Positions 63,630 through 64,000 of a DNA stretch of 64,000 nucleotides are shown here, in pieces. Origin of the DNA: Glaucostegus cemiculus (taxonomy: Eukaryota). Under the pieces are notes generated by a model, which was not told where the DNA came from, made no database searches, and saw nothing but the letters and a program-made list of their open reading frames with translations. Position 1 is the first letter of the stretch. Each line of letters starts with the position of its first letter. The stretch lies in NCBI GenBank assembly GCA_976551045.1, contig CDPCPM010000010.1:28954001-29018000 (forward strand). Reading direction: 5' to 3'. Both the position numbers and the translations under genes were made by a program.

Positions 63630-64000
63630 TTCGTCAAACCGTACTTGGAGCATTGAGTGCAATTCTGGTTGCCCCATTATGGGAGGGATGTGGATACTGT
63701 GGAGAGGGTGCAGAAGAGGTTTACCAGGATGCTGCCTAGATTAGAAGGTAGGAGCTATAAGGCTGAACAAAAAAGGTTGTTCTCCCTAAAGCGTCACAGG
63801 CTGAGGGGAGACCTGCTGGAGGTTTTCAAAATTATGAGGGGCATAGATAGGGTAGACAGAATCTTTTCTCCAGGGTAGAAATAGCAAACACTAGAGGACA
63901 TGCTTTTAAGGTTGGGGGAGGGTGGAGTTTAAAGGTGACATGAGGGACATTTTTTTTTGTTATGCCATGAGTGCCTGGAATAGGTTACCAGGCGGGCAGT
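63630..64000 (+). mobile_element. CR1/HER1 fragment running off the window end
   Basis: QFWLPHYGRDVDTVERVQKRFTRMLP...RLRGDLLEVFKIMRGIDRVD. Confidence 0.9.

Overview
Eukaryotic genomic DNA from a cartilaginous fish, probably a ray or sawfish, judged from its CR1/HER1 LINEs, V-SINEs and Penelope-type repeats. Two genes lie tail-to-tail. On + are the last five coding exons of glycine receptor alpha-1 (glra1; 5425-23526, all GT-AG) and a repeat-free 3' UTR. On - are the last three coding exons of a G3BP stress-granule gene (63301-60993), called g3bp1 by synteny although it carries G3BP2-like residues. The rest is intronic or intergenic and rich in mobile DNA: a very young CR1 with an open ~905-codon ORF2 nested in a Rex1-like LINE, a decayed Harbinger transposon, an 836-bp solo LTR with a perfect 4-bp TSD, two V-SINE families with different LINE tails, Tigger-like and Penelope-like elements, and many CR1 fragments. 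The least explained structure is a ~3.4-kb decayed 22-bp palindromic minisatellite in the last glra1 intron, with a duplicated leader and a duplicated trailer. A candidate 24-nt alternative acceptor mirrors the mammalian GlyR alpha1ins variant. There is one assembly gap (9061-9264). I cannot demonstrate a new protein-coding system. Family and orthology calls rest on motifs recalled from memory, not on database searches.
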